DNA from: Azolla caroliniana | Lineage: Eukaryota; Plantae; Polypodiophyta | NCBI GenBank assembly: GCA_043228905.1 | Contig: JBHGNT010000007.1 | Coordinates: forward strand, 5,332,001 to 5,396,000 | Direction of reading: 5' to 3' | Length of the DNA: 64,000 bases | Shown: piece by piece, positions 32,443 through 45,427 of the stretch | Layout: each line of letters starts with the position of its first letter | Position numbering within the stretch: the stretch's first letter is position 1 | Program-made: the position numbers and the translations under genes | The notes under the pieces: model-generated | Told to the model about the DNA's origin: nothing | Seen by the model: only the letters and a program-made list of their open reading frames with translations | The model's database searches: none

Positions 32443-34565
32443 AAATCCTCTCGGTTGTCGGAACCGAGGGAGTCGCGGTTACGCTCGTGGTTCGGCCTAA
32501 CCGTCAAAAACTGGACCGAATGGCGCCCGTCCTGGCTCTTGACCCGCGCATAGGCCGAACCGTTGTCCAGCACCTTGGTCTCCATTCGAGCCGCCGTGAT
32601 GTACGGCTCTCCCAGTATGACGGGGTGCGATGACGACTCCTGCACGAAGAAGTGCTGGTCTATCTCGACATCGCCAATCTTGACCCGTACATTCGGGCAG
32701 GCCCCGTGAAGTTCCTCGGTGGCGCGCGTCGCCGCCCTTATCTTCCATCCGTGCTTGGTGTTGATCGGCCATTTGCCCTTCTTATAGAAGTCCATGGACA
32801 TCAGGTTGATTTCCGATCCGTGGTCCACCAAAGCTACTACCGGTTCCTGGACATCGCCGATCTTTACCGGGGTCTCCGTGGTCGCTCGGGCCCAGTGTGG
32901 CCGCGAATAGTGGCTTCCCGCCCACTCGTCTTCCAGCGCCATGTCGTCCAGGTGCGTCGTCCGCACTTCCACCGGTCTCTCCGGTTCTGTCTCCGTTGAC
33001 AGCCTCTTCCGTTTCACCAAGTCCACAATGGAGTCGTGGAACTCCTTCTTGGCGATTCCCAGCACCTCCCGTAGCGACAGCTCCACCTTGCTGTCGAGGA
33101 TCCGTTCCTCCAGGACCTTTCGTAAGTCCGTGGTTCTTTCTATCTCCGTCCCCAGACGGTACCCGCCCTTCTGGGGTTTATCTCGCGTACCGGCCCCGCC
33201 GGCTTCGTCCCGTCGTGGCCCGGACCGGGTCTCGTATCGTTGTGAGGGCCCGGTCGTCCCGGGTTTCCCCACCCGCTTCTCTTCTACCAGAGCCTCGTAG
33301 TTCCGGCAAGCGGCTTCCACGAAGCCCGTCTTTTCCTCGACCGGGTCGCTCCACCCGGTCATCTCCCGTACCCGTTTCTCCGCACGGTCCGATTCCTCCC
33401 TTTTAAGCCCTGCACCGGCAAGGCCTTCCAGCATCGTCGGCCAGAATCCGGCTTTGCTTTCCCCCCGGGCCTCGCCGCCCCCGACTCGAATGCCGGCTGA
33501 CGCCGAGTAGTGGACGGTTTCCGCATGTCGGGCCGCCGCCTCTTCCATCAACCTCCTCATTCCGCCTCGCCCGTCGTTTCGGTTTAGGGCTCTTCTCGTG
33601 TCGCTGGCGTGAACCCGTCCTTCCCACAGGTACACCACCCTGTTCCTCAGCGCCTCCGCGAAGTCGCCGCAGTCCTTCCGAATGTGGCCGACTTCATCGC
33701 ACCACATGCACCTGTTTCCTGCCGCCGGCCGCCGGTCACGAGCCGGTTCGCCTCCTTCCCTTCGGGCCTGCGCGATTTGGAGGTCCTTTATCGCCTTCGT
33801 CAATTCCTCCAGCGCCGCTCCTCCGGTTGAGCCTCTGACTACGCCGGTCGAAGCCGAACCGGTTTCCAACCACTCCCGGGTCTCTTCCATGCGCACCTGC
33901 GGCGCTGGTTCGAGCTTCCTTGCAGCGACCGAGCCCGACCCGGTCGCCCCGTTATCCGCCCATTCTCGCCGTTTGTCGAAACGGCCACAGACCTTCCTGA
34001 CAGCCGCCCAGTCGGTAGTGAGCCCGTCTTCGGTCTCCAGCAAGAAGCCCACTTGCTCCCGATCCCGCTCGTCGACCGACTTGACAAACAGCAAGACCCG
34101 GCTCGTGTCCAGGATGGTTCTGTCGAGCGCCGAAAGGCGCGCAAAGTTTTCCTCGAACTCCCGGAGGAGCGCCGACGCGTTTCTTCCCTTCCCCGGGGAC
34201 TCCACCTATTCCATGAACCTTCGCTTCGAAAGCCGGAGCGCGTCGTCCAGCCCGTATTTCTCTAGGAGCCGACCTTCGAACTCCTCCCAGGTACGGCTCT
34301 CCGTCCGCACCTCGAGCACCTCCGCATGGATGCTCGGCATCGCCACTCGGGGAAATCCGGCAAGACGCCTTTCTTCCGGAATGTCCCGCATCAGCATCTC
34401 TGCACCGTAGGACGCCAAATACTTCGTGGCATCTTTCCCATCGAACCGGCCGATCGTGCCGACGACCGCCTCAATAGCTCTGTCGAGGGCACCGGTGCTC
34501 TCGCGCGCGTTTACAATCCGATCCACGGCCGAAGCCATGGCCTCTGCGAGATCCGACCCCCTCAT
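32439..34565 (-). CDS. gag: Gypsy B gag-protease (~708 codons) with one internal TAG at 34208-34206
   Basis: ATG about 25 nt after the PBS; GRFDGKDATKYL; zinc knuckle CMWCDEVGHIRKDC; protease ALVDHGSEINLM..VILGEPY. ORFs 34206-34592 and 32439-34205 are contiguous in one frame. Confidence 0.88.
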
Positions 34566-37500
34566 TTCCTGCTCTTCTGCCGCCTCTTTCACGTCGGGTT
34601 CACCAAGATGTCGGGGTTGCTACGCCCTTGCGCGCAGAAAGGAGGAGGGACCACGGGGGTCTTGGACCGAAGAGCAAGAGAGAGAGAGACCCGATTACAC
34701 AGAACCGAAGATCGCACAGGGACACGGCCCAACAAACAGAGATCACAAACAAACGCCGACGCAGATGGACGCAACAACGAAGATATGTACTTATGAAAGC
34801 AAGAAAATAACAGACCAAAGTATTACAACCCACGGTAGGGCACGAAATAGATACTAACGAAAGCGAAGAGGGCGGCGAACAGATGCCGACCCCTGTATGT
34901 CGCGACGCACGGAAAGGGGGAAACAGGTCGGAGGTGCTGCAGGACGCACTCGGGGCGTTCCACGGAACAGCGCAAGCCTCCTCGAAACCTGCACAGGTAC
35001 GCGATGGAGCAGAAGACAACGAAAGCAGGAGTGAGAGAGGAGCTCCGAAAACGGTTCGGCAGCACTTCGTCCTCTCTCCGCGAGATACCCCACTTCTATT
35101 CTTCCTCTTCCTTTTATATCCCGTCAAGAGGCCGTTTGGCATTAACTGCATACCAACCGAATCTACCCACCTAGGATCCTCGTATGTACTTCTTGGCGCG
35201 CGTGTGTGTAGAGCCGTTTCCCACGCCTTGTTCCTCCGATTCCTCTCGTGGGCGGTTTTCTTCACGACAACGAAATGTTGATACTGTGGCAAAAAGGGCC
35301 ACAGGGAAAGCGAGTGCTGGAAGAAGCGCGCCGATTTAAACAAATCCAGATCCGGAAAAATTGGTCGGGAGAACTAGCAAAGCTCGAACTACGCGGAAGG
35401 ATCCGAAACTGGGAAAACCGGTAAAGGGCTAGCCTTCGTGATGATGCACAAGGCTAACTCGATGAAGAAGACTACTTATGGATCAGAGGAAGTATGGTAC
35501 GTTGATTCCGGAGCGTCCAACCACATGACGAGCCATGAAGAGTGGTTCTCTTTTACGGAGAAACCGAAACAACCGAGGATTGTCGAAACCGGAGACGACA
35601 CCCCTCACCTGATTGTGCATGTCGAAGAAGTCCCTTTAAGCCATGTCAGACAAAAGGGGAAGCTGATGAACATACTACACGTTCTGACTATCACAAAGAA
35701 CCTGGTGTCAGTTGGGCAAATCGTCGACCGGGGGATGCAGGTGCGGTTTACGCACCTAGGGTGCTTCATTGAGGAAGAGGGCCGGATAATTGCGCAAGGG
35801 AGTAGAGACGGGAGGATGTTCATCCTCAACACTAATGATGTCGGCACCGCTATGTTTGCAAAAGGGCAGAAGATTGAATCAGACATCGACCTGTGGAACA
35901 AGCGGATAGGCCACGTCAAATATTGGAGGCTTCAAGACCTGCAATCGAAACAACTCGTTTTCGGTTTGCGAAATTTAGCGGCCGGAAGGCTGAAATTTGT
36001 GAAGCTTGCCAACTCGAGAAGCAACACCGGCTTCCATTCCCCACCGATCAAAACCGGAGCCATAACAAGCTCAATTTAATTCATTCAGATGTATGGGGAC
36101 CGACACAAAACGTTAGTCTTGGCGGGAGTCGGTATTTCGTCTCCTTCATCGACGACTACAGTTGGCACACGTGGATCTACCTCATCGAGAGGAAGAGCGA
36201 AGTCTTCGAGTGTTTTCGGAACTTTCAAAGCTTGGTTGAATGGGAAACAGAGAGGCAGATCAAGTGCCTGTGGTCGGATGGTGGGAAAGAATTATTTTCC
36301 GGCCAATTCAACACTTATCTACAGCAGAACAGAATTCGGAGAGAATTCAGCTGCAGGTACACACCGGAGCAAAATGGTCTGGCTGAAAGGAAGAATCAAT
36401 CGATTGTCCACGCGGCAAGGGCAATGCTGGAGGAGAAGAGCAAGGCCCATTTCTACTGGGCTAAGGCGGTCTGGATGGCCGTTTACATCCAAAACTGGAT
36501 TAGTGACAAGGTGTCAGCACATGAGATGTATTTCGGGCGAAAGCCGAATTTGAGACGCTTTCGGATATTCGGTAGCATAGCATATGTGCATGTACCGGAT
36601 GAGAAGCGAAGGAAGCTAGATCTGAAGTCGAAGAACTGCATTCTAGTCGGTTACTCGCATGAGCGAAAGGGGTATAAGTGCTATAACCCTGGACTAAGCA
36701 GGTCCGAGTAAGCCGAGATGTCGAGTTTGATGAGATGACATCATGGTACTGCTTACCGACTCCAACTCTCGACGAAGACCCAATTCCGGAAGATGAGGCT
36801 AGTGAGCCCGAGGAGGTCCAAGTAGAAGATGAAGACTTCGGCACTCTAGAAGAGAATCCAATCTCATTCTGGCTAAGTGGACCGAATGAGCGGCTGAGTC
36901 GGGATGAGGAACCGGCGAGTAGTGGAGACTCTTCAGTGCTCTCCCCGCGCAAGGAACTGAGGAGACGGTTCACGCGCAAAGAGAAGGGGAAGAAGAAGAT
37001 GCCGGAATACGAAACCGGCAACGTTGAGTTGGATCGGAGCGAATCCGACTCCAGAAAGGATGAAGGCGGATCTTCAGGAACGAAGTCCGACCTGGCCAAG
37101 AAGGGCCCCAAACCAGGTAATACCAAGTTACGCTGGTCTTCCTGCCTGAACACCGGCGTTACACGGTACGGGTACAATGAGTACATGGCGCATCATTATG
37201 CATTCATGACTAAGGTGGCGGAAGTGCGTGAGCCGGAGAGCTACGCAGAAGCGGCAAAGGACACAAATTGGTGTGCCGCTATGGAGGAAGAAATGTTGGC
37301 ACTAGATGCCAATGACACATGGGACCTCGTTGACCCTCCCCGACATTGTAAACCGATCGGTTGCAAATGGGTGTACAAGGTAAAGTACAATGTCGACGGT
37401 TTGGTTAACCGGTACAAGGCCCGATTAGTGGTGAAGGGATACGCACAGACTCACAGAATCGACTACAACGAGACCTTCGCCCCGGTAGCGAAGATGACGA

Positions 37501-38382
37501 CGATTCGTGTGGTATTGGTGGTCGCTGCGGCAAGGAGGTGGAATCTTCACCAGATGGACGTGAAGAATGTGTTTCTTCAAGGTGACCTTGAAGAACGGGT
37601 CTATATGATCCAACCTCCCGGTTTTCAGTCAGAGATGAACAAGTCGGTGGTGTGCTGGCTCAAGAAGTCGCTTTACGGTCTGAAACAAGCCCCCCCGAGC
37701 TTGAAATGCGAAGATCATGCACCGGTTACGTAAGATGGGGTTTGTGACCTCAAAATCCAACTCGTTGTTGTTTGTCCGGCAAGGTCTGGACGGTCCGGTT
37801 TGCATCCTACTTTATGTTGATGATTTAGTCATCACCGGACCTGAACTCAATGAAATCGGCCGAGTAAAGTCCCAGCTATCGGACTCATTTGAAATGAAGG
37901 ACCTGGGGGACCTTCATTATTTTCTTGGGATCGAGGTGATCCGAACCCTCGACGGTATATTGTTCTCACAACAACACTATGTGTTGAATATGCTGTACAA
38001 GTTCGGTATGACGGAGTACCGACTTGTCTCCACACCCTGGACCAGAACCAGAAGCTCTGTCCCAACTCAAGACCGGCTTGTGATGAGAAATGGTTTCGAC
38101 AAATCGTCGAAAGCCTGATATACTTGACAATCACTCGACCCGACCTCAGTTACCCGGTCGGAGTGATCAACCATTTCATGTAGAAGCTGACTGTCGAGCA
38201 CCCTCATTGCGCACACCAGATACTCCGGTATGTGAGCGGCACGAAGGACCGGGGACTGTTATACCAGGATGGTATAACTGAAGAACTAGTCGGATATACA
38301 GATGCCGACTGGGCCGGTGATGCATCGGATCGCCGATCCACACCCGGTTACATGTTTTCTCTAGGTAGCGTGGGTGTTACGT

Positions 38383-41300
38383 TGTCGTGAAGAAAACCGG
38401 CCATAGGCGGAATCGAAGAAAAAGGTGCATGAACCGGCTCTTACACGGGTGGACGCGAGGATTGATATATTGTACATAATTCGTAATTAGGGCGACTGGT
38501 GTAAATACTAGGTAGTGCACATTTATTAGGGGATTTTGTGTGTATCTTTGTTGACAAGGACAGGGAATAAAGCTGTTTGGCTAAGGAAAAGGGGGCACCC
38601 CCTTTTGGGGAACTATTTAAGGAGGGAGAGAAGGAAGGAACAGGGATCGCGCGTTAAGGAGGACGAAGTGCTGCAGGACCGAGAGCCTAACTCTCTCTCC
38701 TGCTCCGACCGTCATTCTCTGTGGGTATGGGGGAGTTCAACGCCTCTGCTTCGTGGGTAGCCCATGCGCTGCCAGCAGAGGCTTTTCCTTCTGCGTTTCT
38801 CTGGGTCCAGTGTGTTCCGTCTGTGTGCGTGAGTAGGGTCCCCGTGTCGGGTCCGTCGCCGCCTTGCCGGTTGTAACCGTCGGAGTTATTGTAATCTCTT
38901 GTTATTGTAATCGAGTGTTCCGTTCTTTATATCTCCTTCTCGCTTCTGCGTGTCTGTGAATCTCTCTCTCTCTCGCTCCTCGGTCCAAGACCCCCGTGGT
39001 CCCGCCCTTCTACGCGCATGCGTGTAACAACGCAACATAGTTGGTGAACCCGACGTGAAAGGGCGGCAAAGGAGTTGAAAGATGAGGGGATCGGAGCTAG
39101 CAGAGGCAATGGCGGTAGCCGTCGACCGGCTGGTAAGCACTCGTGAGGGGACGGGTACCCTCGACAGAGCCATTGAATCGATTGTCGACTCTATAGGCCG
39201 GTTCGGAGGGAAAGACGCCACAAGTTATTTGGAGGCTTACCGGGCCGAAATGATCATGAGGGATATCTCGGTGGACAGGCGGTTGTCCGGATTCCCTCGG
39301 GTGGCGACACTAGGCATCCACGCGGAGGTGCTCGAGGGGCTGGCCGGATGCCAGACTTGGGAGGAGTTTGAGCTGCAACTCCTCGAGAAGTACGGGTTTG
39401 ACGACTCGCTTCAGCTGTCGAGGCGGGACTTCATGACGTCGGTGGAAAGCCCCGGAAAGGGGAGGAACACGTCGGTGCTCCTCCAGGAGTTCGAAAAACG
39501 GTTCGCGCGGCTGTCGACGCTGGACCGGACGGTGCTCGAAACGAGTCGAGTACTACTGTTTGTCAAGTCGGTGGACGCGCTCGACAGTGAAAAGGTGGGT
39601 CCCCTATTGGAAACGGACGAAGGGCTCACGGCAGACTGGGCCGTCGTAAAACGGGTCTGCAGCCATTTCGACAAACGACGCGATTGGAGCAACGGGAGCT
39701 CGTCAGGGTCAGGGCCGGTCCCAGGGAGCAGGCTCGAGGAGCCGGTATCGATGCGGGCTGGTAGGAAGGAAGAGACCCGAATCTGGCCAGAGTTGGGGTC
39801 GGCATCGAAGGACGTGGTCAGAGGTCCATCCGGAGGAGCGACTCTGGAGGAATTGACGCAGATGGTGCGCGACCTGCAGATCGCATAGGCCCGGAGAGAC
39901 AACGACGAACAACCTTGCGACCGGAGGCCACCCGCTGGGTAGCGGTGCATGTGGTGTGACGCGATCGGTCACATTCGGAAGGATTGCGCGGATTTCGCCG
40001 ATGCGCTAAGGGCCAACGTGGTGTACCTCTGGGACGGGCGTGTGCACGCGAGCGAGACCCAGAGAGCCCTAGAGCTAAATACGGGGCGTGGCGGAATGAA
40101 GAGGTTGATGGAAGAGGCCGCGACACGACACGTTGAAGCCGTTAACTACTCACTGTCGGCGGGAATTCGGGTCGGGGGTGATGAGACCCGGAAGGCGAAG
40201 GACTTCGGATTCTGGCCGCTAGTGCTAGAAGGCCTCTCCGGAGTTCGGCTGAAGAAGGAAGAGGCGGACCGCGCGGAACAACGGGTCCAGGAGGTCACCG
40301 ATTGGGACGATCCGGTTGAAGAGAAAACGGGCTTCGTAAAAGCCGCTTGCCAGAACTACGAGGTTTTGGTGGAAGACAAACGGGCAGGAAAGGCCGGAGG
40401 GGTTGGTCCCCCGCAGAGGTACGAGACTCGGTTCGGACCGAAACCGACCGGTGTTGGCAACCCAGGCGCGCCGGACGGAAAGAAGCAGGTGGGGTTTCGG
40501 TTGAGCACCGAAATCGAGAGAGCAACGGACCTACGGAAGGTCCTGGAAGAGCGGATCCTCGACAGTAAGGTGGAGCTGTCGTTGCGGGAGGTGCTGGAAA
40601 TCGCCAAGAGGGAGTTCCACAACTCCATCGTAGACTTGGTGAAGTGGAAGAGGCTCTCGACGGAGCCAGAATCGGAGAAGCCGGTGGAGGTGCGGACTAC
40701 GCACTTAGAAGACGCGGCCCTAGAAGATGAGTTGGCGGAAAGCCACTACACGAAGCCGCATTGGGCCAGGGCAACTACGGAAACCCCTGTGAGGATCAAC
40801 GATGTTCCGGAACCGGTGGTGGCCTTGGTAGACCATGGATCCGAAATCAACCTTATGTCCATGGATTTCTACAAGAGGGGTAAATGGCCGATCAACACCA
40901 AGCATGGGTGGAAGATATGCGCGGCGATGCGTGCTACGGAGGAGCTGCATGGTGCGTGCTCGAATATACGCGTAAAGGTCGGTGACGTCGAGATAGATCA
41001 ACATTTCTTCGTGCAGGAAACATCCTCGCACCCAGTGATTCTCGGCGAACCATACATTACGGCAGCACGCATGGAGACGAAGGTGTTGGACAACGGTGTA
41101 GCGTACGCGTGCGTCAAGAGCCAGGACGGTCGACATTCCGTCCAATTCATGACCATACGTCCGGACCATGAGAGGAATCGCGAGACTCTCGGCGGTGACA
41201 GCCGAGGGGATTTTTAGAAAGGGCTATTAAGGCGGGGGGCCGTGGTAGTCCGGACGTACCAGAAGAACCCCACACGTGTACAGTAGATAGGAAGTTTTGG

Positions 41301-44300
41301 TTCTCCGAAAACGGAGGTTGTACTATAACCGACGTCAGCGGCCGGGAGAGGAAGCGAGCGGAGGAGTGGCTCAGGGGATGCAGAGTCCTCTTCCCTGACG
41401 AAGACATTAGCGGCGCCGTGGAGGCGGTCTCTTTTGACGACACCTTGGGCGAGCTGCGAAAGGTGATCGGTGAAGACCTTAGAGAAGACCGGACCGTTCC
41501 GGTAGGGTCAATGGGAATGTACGAAGTCATCGCGGACTTCGGGGAAAGGATCGGGTCGGATCCGCGTGGATACAAAGTACAAGACTATGGACCGGAAGGT
41601 GAGGCCAATCGCGGCACCCTTGCCGGAGGGCAGTGAGGAGCGGATAAAAGGGGTCGCGTCGGACCCAAGTTTACGGAATCCGGCTGGCATAGGGCACCGA
41701 TTCACCAACATAACGCTACGGGAGCTCAAGGTCGGTGGGGGCGGCTTTCTACTGCTAGCGGAGGAGGACCAGTTTCAGAGAATGCTCGGGAGGCACGGGA
41801 AGGCTTTCGCATTCTCACCGGAGGAGATCGGGTGCGTAGACCCGATAGTTGTTGAACCGATGGTGATCTTCACGGTACCGCATGTACCGTGGAATCTCAA
41901 GCCGATTCCAATGTTGAGAGCTCATATCCCGAAGTTGATGGAGCTCCTGAAGCAAAAGGTGGAGATGGGCATCCTCGAACCGTCGAGTGCCCCGTATTCG
42001 AATCGGTGGTTTACGGTGCCGAAGAAGAACGGCACGCTACGCTTCATTCAGGACCTGCAACCGGTCAACAAGGTGACCATCCGTAATGCAAGAATCGAAC
42101 CGACCATAGACGAGTTCGTGGAGGCCTTCGCTAGAAGGTCGATCTATTCTGTCGGTGATCTGTACTCGGGGTACGATCAGTTCCAACTAGTCGTGGAGAG
42201 CAGAGACATTACGACGATACAGACTCCTCTCGGCCTAGTGCGGATGTGTACCCTGCCACAAGGAGGGATGAACTCAGTGGCTCACATGGTGAACGCGATG
42301 AACAAAGTGCTCAGGGATTGTATCCCGGACATCACCATGCCATTCTTAGACGACATCCCAATCAGGGGATGCCCGGTGGAGAAAAAGGACGAGGCAATCG
42401 GGCCGGACGGATGTCGCAATCTCGTGGCGTCCCACATCGATGACTGCGAGAAGGTGCTGCAGAGACTAGAAGGCGCGAGGCTCACCTTCTCCGGGGAAAA
42501 GTCGGCCTTCGGGCAATCACAGATCATGGTTGTCGGGCACCTATGCGGACCATACGGTCGGAAACCGTCGCCGGCCAAGGTGGAAGCCATCTCCGCGATG
42601 AAGCATGACTGCAATTCGGTCACGGAGGTCCGCAGATTCTTGGGAGCATGCGCGTTCTACCACATCTGGATCCCACACTACGCACATGTCACGGAACCCC
42701 TCTACGGACTATTGAAAAAGGGGTGTAGCTTTGAGTGGAGGACGGAGCACACGGAGTCGGTACGGAGACTAAAGGAGGCGCTTAGGTAGCGCTGACTCTT
42801 CGTAAAGCGGTTTACGGCAAGGATGTTCCCATCTGCGTGACAGTGGACACTAGCCCGATCGGGATCGGGTGGGTAATCAGTCAGGAGGACAAGGACGACG
42901 TACGATTCCTGATCCGGTTCGGGGCGAAGGTATTGAGCGAGCGGTAACGAGGATACGCCCAAGTTAAGCGCGAGCTTTGGGGTGTTGTTTCGGCAGTCAA
43001 GGCCGACAAGGATTATCTGATCGGGACAGAGGTGATCATCAAGACGGACTGCCTGCCGATACTCGGCATGGTTTCCGGATGCGCGACGCCGGACCTAGTA
43101 ATGCTTTGGTGGATAGCATACATTAAGTCCCTGAACCCGGAGATACGGCACATCACCGGAAAGGATAACGCCATGGTCGACATGCTTTCAAGAGCAAGGT
43201 TCAACGATGAAGACGGCATGGTTTCGGATGACGAAGAAGTTGGCGAGGACTTCTTCGGGTCGGTTAACGTAGCAACGAGGGAAAGGGACACTCCGACGCT
43301 TAACGAATTTGACGAAAACAGGTACGACAGGGAGTGGCTCCAGATCGGGAGGTTCCTACGGACGATGACGCCGGACGTAACATGGACGAGAGAAGAGGCG
43401 ATCCGGGTACGGAAGAAGGCGTACCGATTCTTCCTGCGGGACAAGTGCATATGGAGGCACCCAAAGAAGAGAAATGACATCCCGCTCCGAGTAGCGACAA
43501 AGAAAGAAGAATAGGAGGAACTACTCGCGGCATTTCACGAGAGTCCCTGGGCCGGGCACCGCGGAACGTGGGCCACGTTTGAGAAGCTGAAGGAGAAGTA
43601 CTGGTGGCCGGGGCTGTACCATGACGTGCATTGGTTCGTAACGACTTGCGAAAGTTGTCAGATGCACTCCGTAGTCCGACACCGGGACGAGCTACACCCG
43701 ACCTACCCGCCTACGGTCCATTTCAAGTGGATGGTGGACTTGGTGACGATGCCGATGGGGGTAGGACAGATGCGATACCTGGTGCTTGCACGGGAAGACT
43801 TAACGAACCAGGTGGAAGGCCGTGCACTGCAAAGCAAGACAACCGCGGCGGTATGCCGGTTCCTGATCGAAGAAGTAGTGTGTCGGTACGAGTGCGTCGG
43901 GAGGATCGTGGCGGACCGGGGAGAGCTGGATGCGCGGGAGGTTGAGGAGCTGTTCGACCGGCTAGGCGTCAAACTCTCCCTCACTACGGCGTACAATCTG
44001 GAGGTGAATGGAAAGGTGGAACGTGGGCACGGGCCGATCGTAAAGGCGTTGGTGTGTGCATGCGGAGGGCAGGTCGGGAATTGGCCGCGACTCCTTCCTT
44101 ACGCACTATGGGCAGACCGAACTACGCACAGTTCGGTGACAGGGTTTATGCCGGCAGAGCTGATGTACGGACAGAAGCCGATCATGCCGGTGGAACGAAC
44201 GGTTTCTTCTTGGGCGGCGGTAGATTGGAAGGACGAAATGAGCTGGGAAGAGTTGCTGGCGGCGCGGATTCGGCAACTCGAGTGGAGGCCGGAGGACGTG

Positions 44301-45427
44301 ATATAGGCGAAGGAAAAGCTGCAAGCGGCAAGGGAGTGGAACAAGACCCAGTTCAACCGGACGCACCGGTTGCGACAAAAGAAGATCGAGGAAGGCGATT
44401 AGGTCTTGGTATACGACAATAGCCTCGACAATCAGCACAAGGCGGTGCGAAAGTTCGCTAGGAGATGGTTCGGGCCCTACACGGTGATGAGTGCGAACGA
44501 CAACGACACGTACCACCTCGCGGAACTCGACGACGGTACACGGTTAGCGGTGCCGGTGGCTGGGAAGCGGATCAAAGAGTTCAAGAAGCGGTTCGAAGAT
44601 GAGCCGGAGCCGGCGAGCGAGAGTAACGACGACGATCAGTTCGGGTCCGGCGAAGGATCGGAGAACGACGAGTGAAGCCGGTTTTCTTCGGTGTCTACCC
44701 GTCTCTGGCGCATGCCGGTGGATGCGCGGTTTGGTGGGGGTGGATGTCGTGAAGAAAACCGGCCATAGGCGGAATCGAAGAAAAAGGCGCAGGGACCGGC
44801 TCTCACACGGGTGGACGCGAGGATTGATATATTGTACATAATTCGTAATTAGGGCGACTGGTGTAAATACTAGGTAATGCACATTTATTAGGGGATTTTG
44901 TGCGTATCTCTGTCGACAGGGACATGGAATAAAGTTGTTTGGCTAAGGAAAAGGGGGCACCCCCTTTCGGGGAAATATTTAAGGAGGGAGAGAAGGAAGG
45001 AACAGGGATCGCGCGTTAAGGAGGACGAAGTGCTGCAGGACCGAGAGCCTAACTCTCTCTCCTGCTCCGACCGTCATTCTCTGTGGGTACGGGGGAGTTC
45101 GACGCCTCTGCTTCGTGGGTAGCCCGTGCGCTGCTAGTAGAGGCTTTTCCTTCTGCGTTTCTCTGGGTCCAGTGTGTTCCGTCTGTGTGCGTGAGTAGGG
45201 TCCCCGTGTCGGGTCCGTCGCCGCCTTGCCGGTTGTAACCGTCGGAGTTATTGTAATCTCTTGTTATTGTAATCTCTTGTTATTTTAATCGAGTGTTCCG
45301 TTCTATATCTCTCCTTCTTGCTTCTGCGTGTCTGTGAATCTCACACACACTCTCTCTCTCTCTCGCTCCTCGGTCCAAGACCCCCGTGGTCTCGCCCTTC
45401 TACGCGCACGCGCGTAACAACGCGACA
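38383..45427 (+). mobile_element. Gypsy C: full-length relative of B, decayed, inserted in Copia F RNase H
   Basis: LTRs 38383-39037 and 44745-45427. Perfect TSD ACGT (38379-38382 and 45428-45431). PBS TGGTGAACCCGACGTGAA at 39042-39059. PPT at 44732-44744. Confidence 0.97.
39082..44675 (+). pseudogene. Gypsy C gag-PR (39082-41217) and pol (~41214-44675) with stops and frameshifts
   Basis: Collinear with and highly similar to B proteins (ALVDHGSEINLMS, PFLDD, VADRGE, WFGPY), but broken into several ORFs. Confidence 0.93.

Larger units (their letters stand above)
28227..35269 (-). mobile_element. Gypsy B: full-length, very young non-chromoviral Ty3/Gypsy element (7,043 bp)
   Basis: 661-bp LTRs at 28227-28887 and 34609-35269; I see one difference (28563 T vs 34945 C). 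tRNA-Trp PBS at 34605-34588. PPT AGGTGGGGGCGGA at 28900-28888. Flanks ACGG/ACGA. Confidence 0.97.

Noticed and set aside
34206-34208. Programmed stop-codon readthrough in B gag
   Set aside because: The position is Trp in E and Ser in C, and the context (TAG GTG) is not a CARYYA-type leaky signal. A point mutation is more parsimonious.
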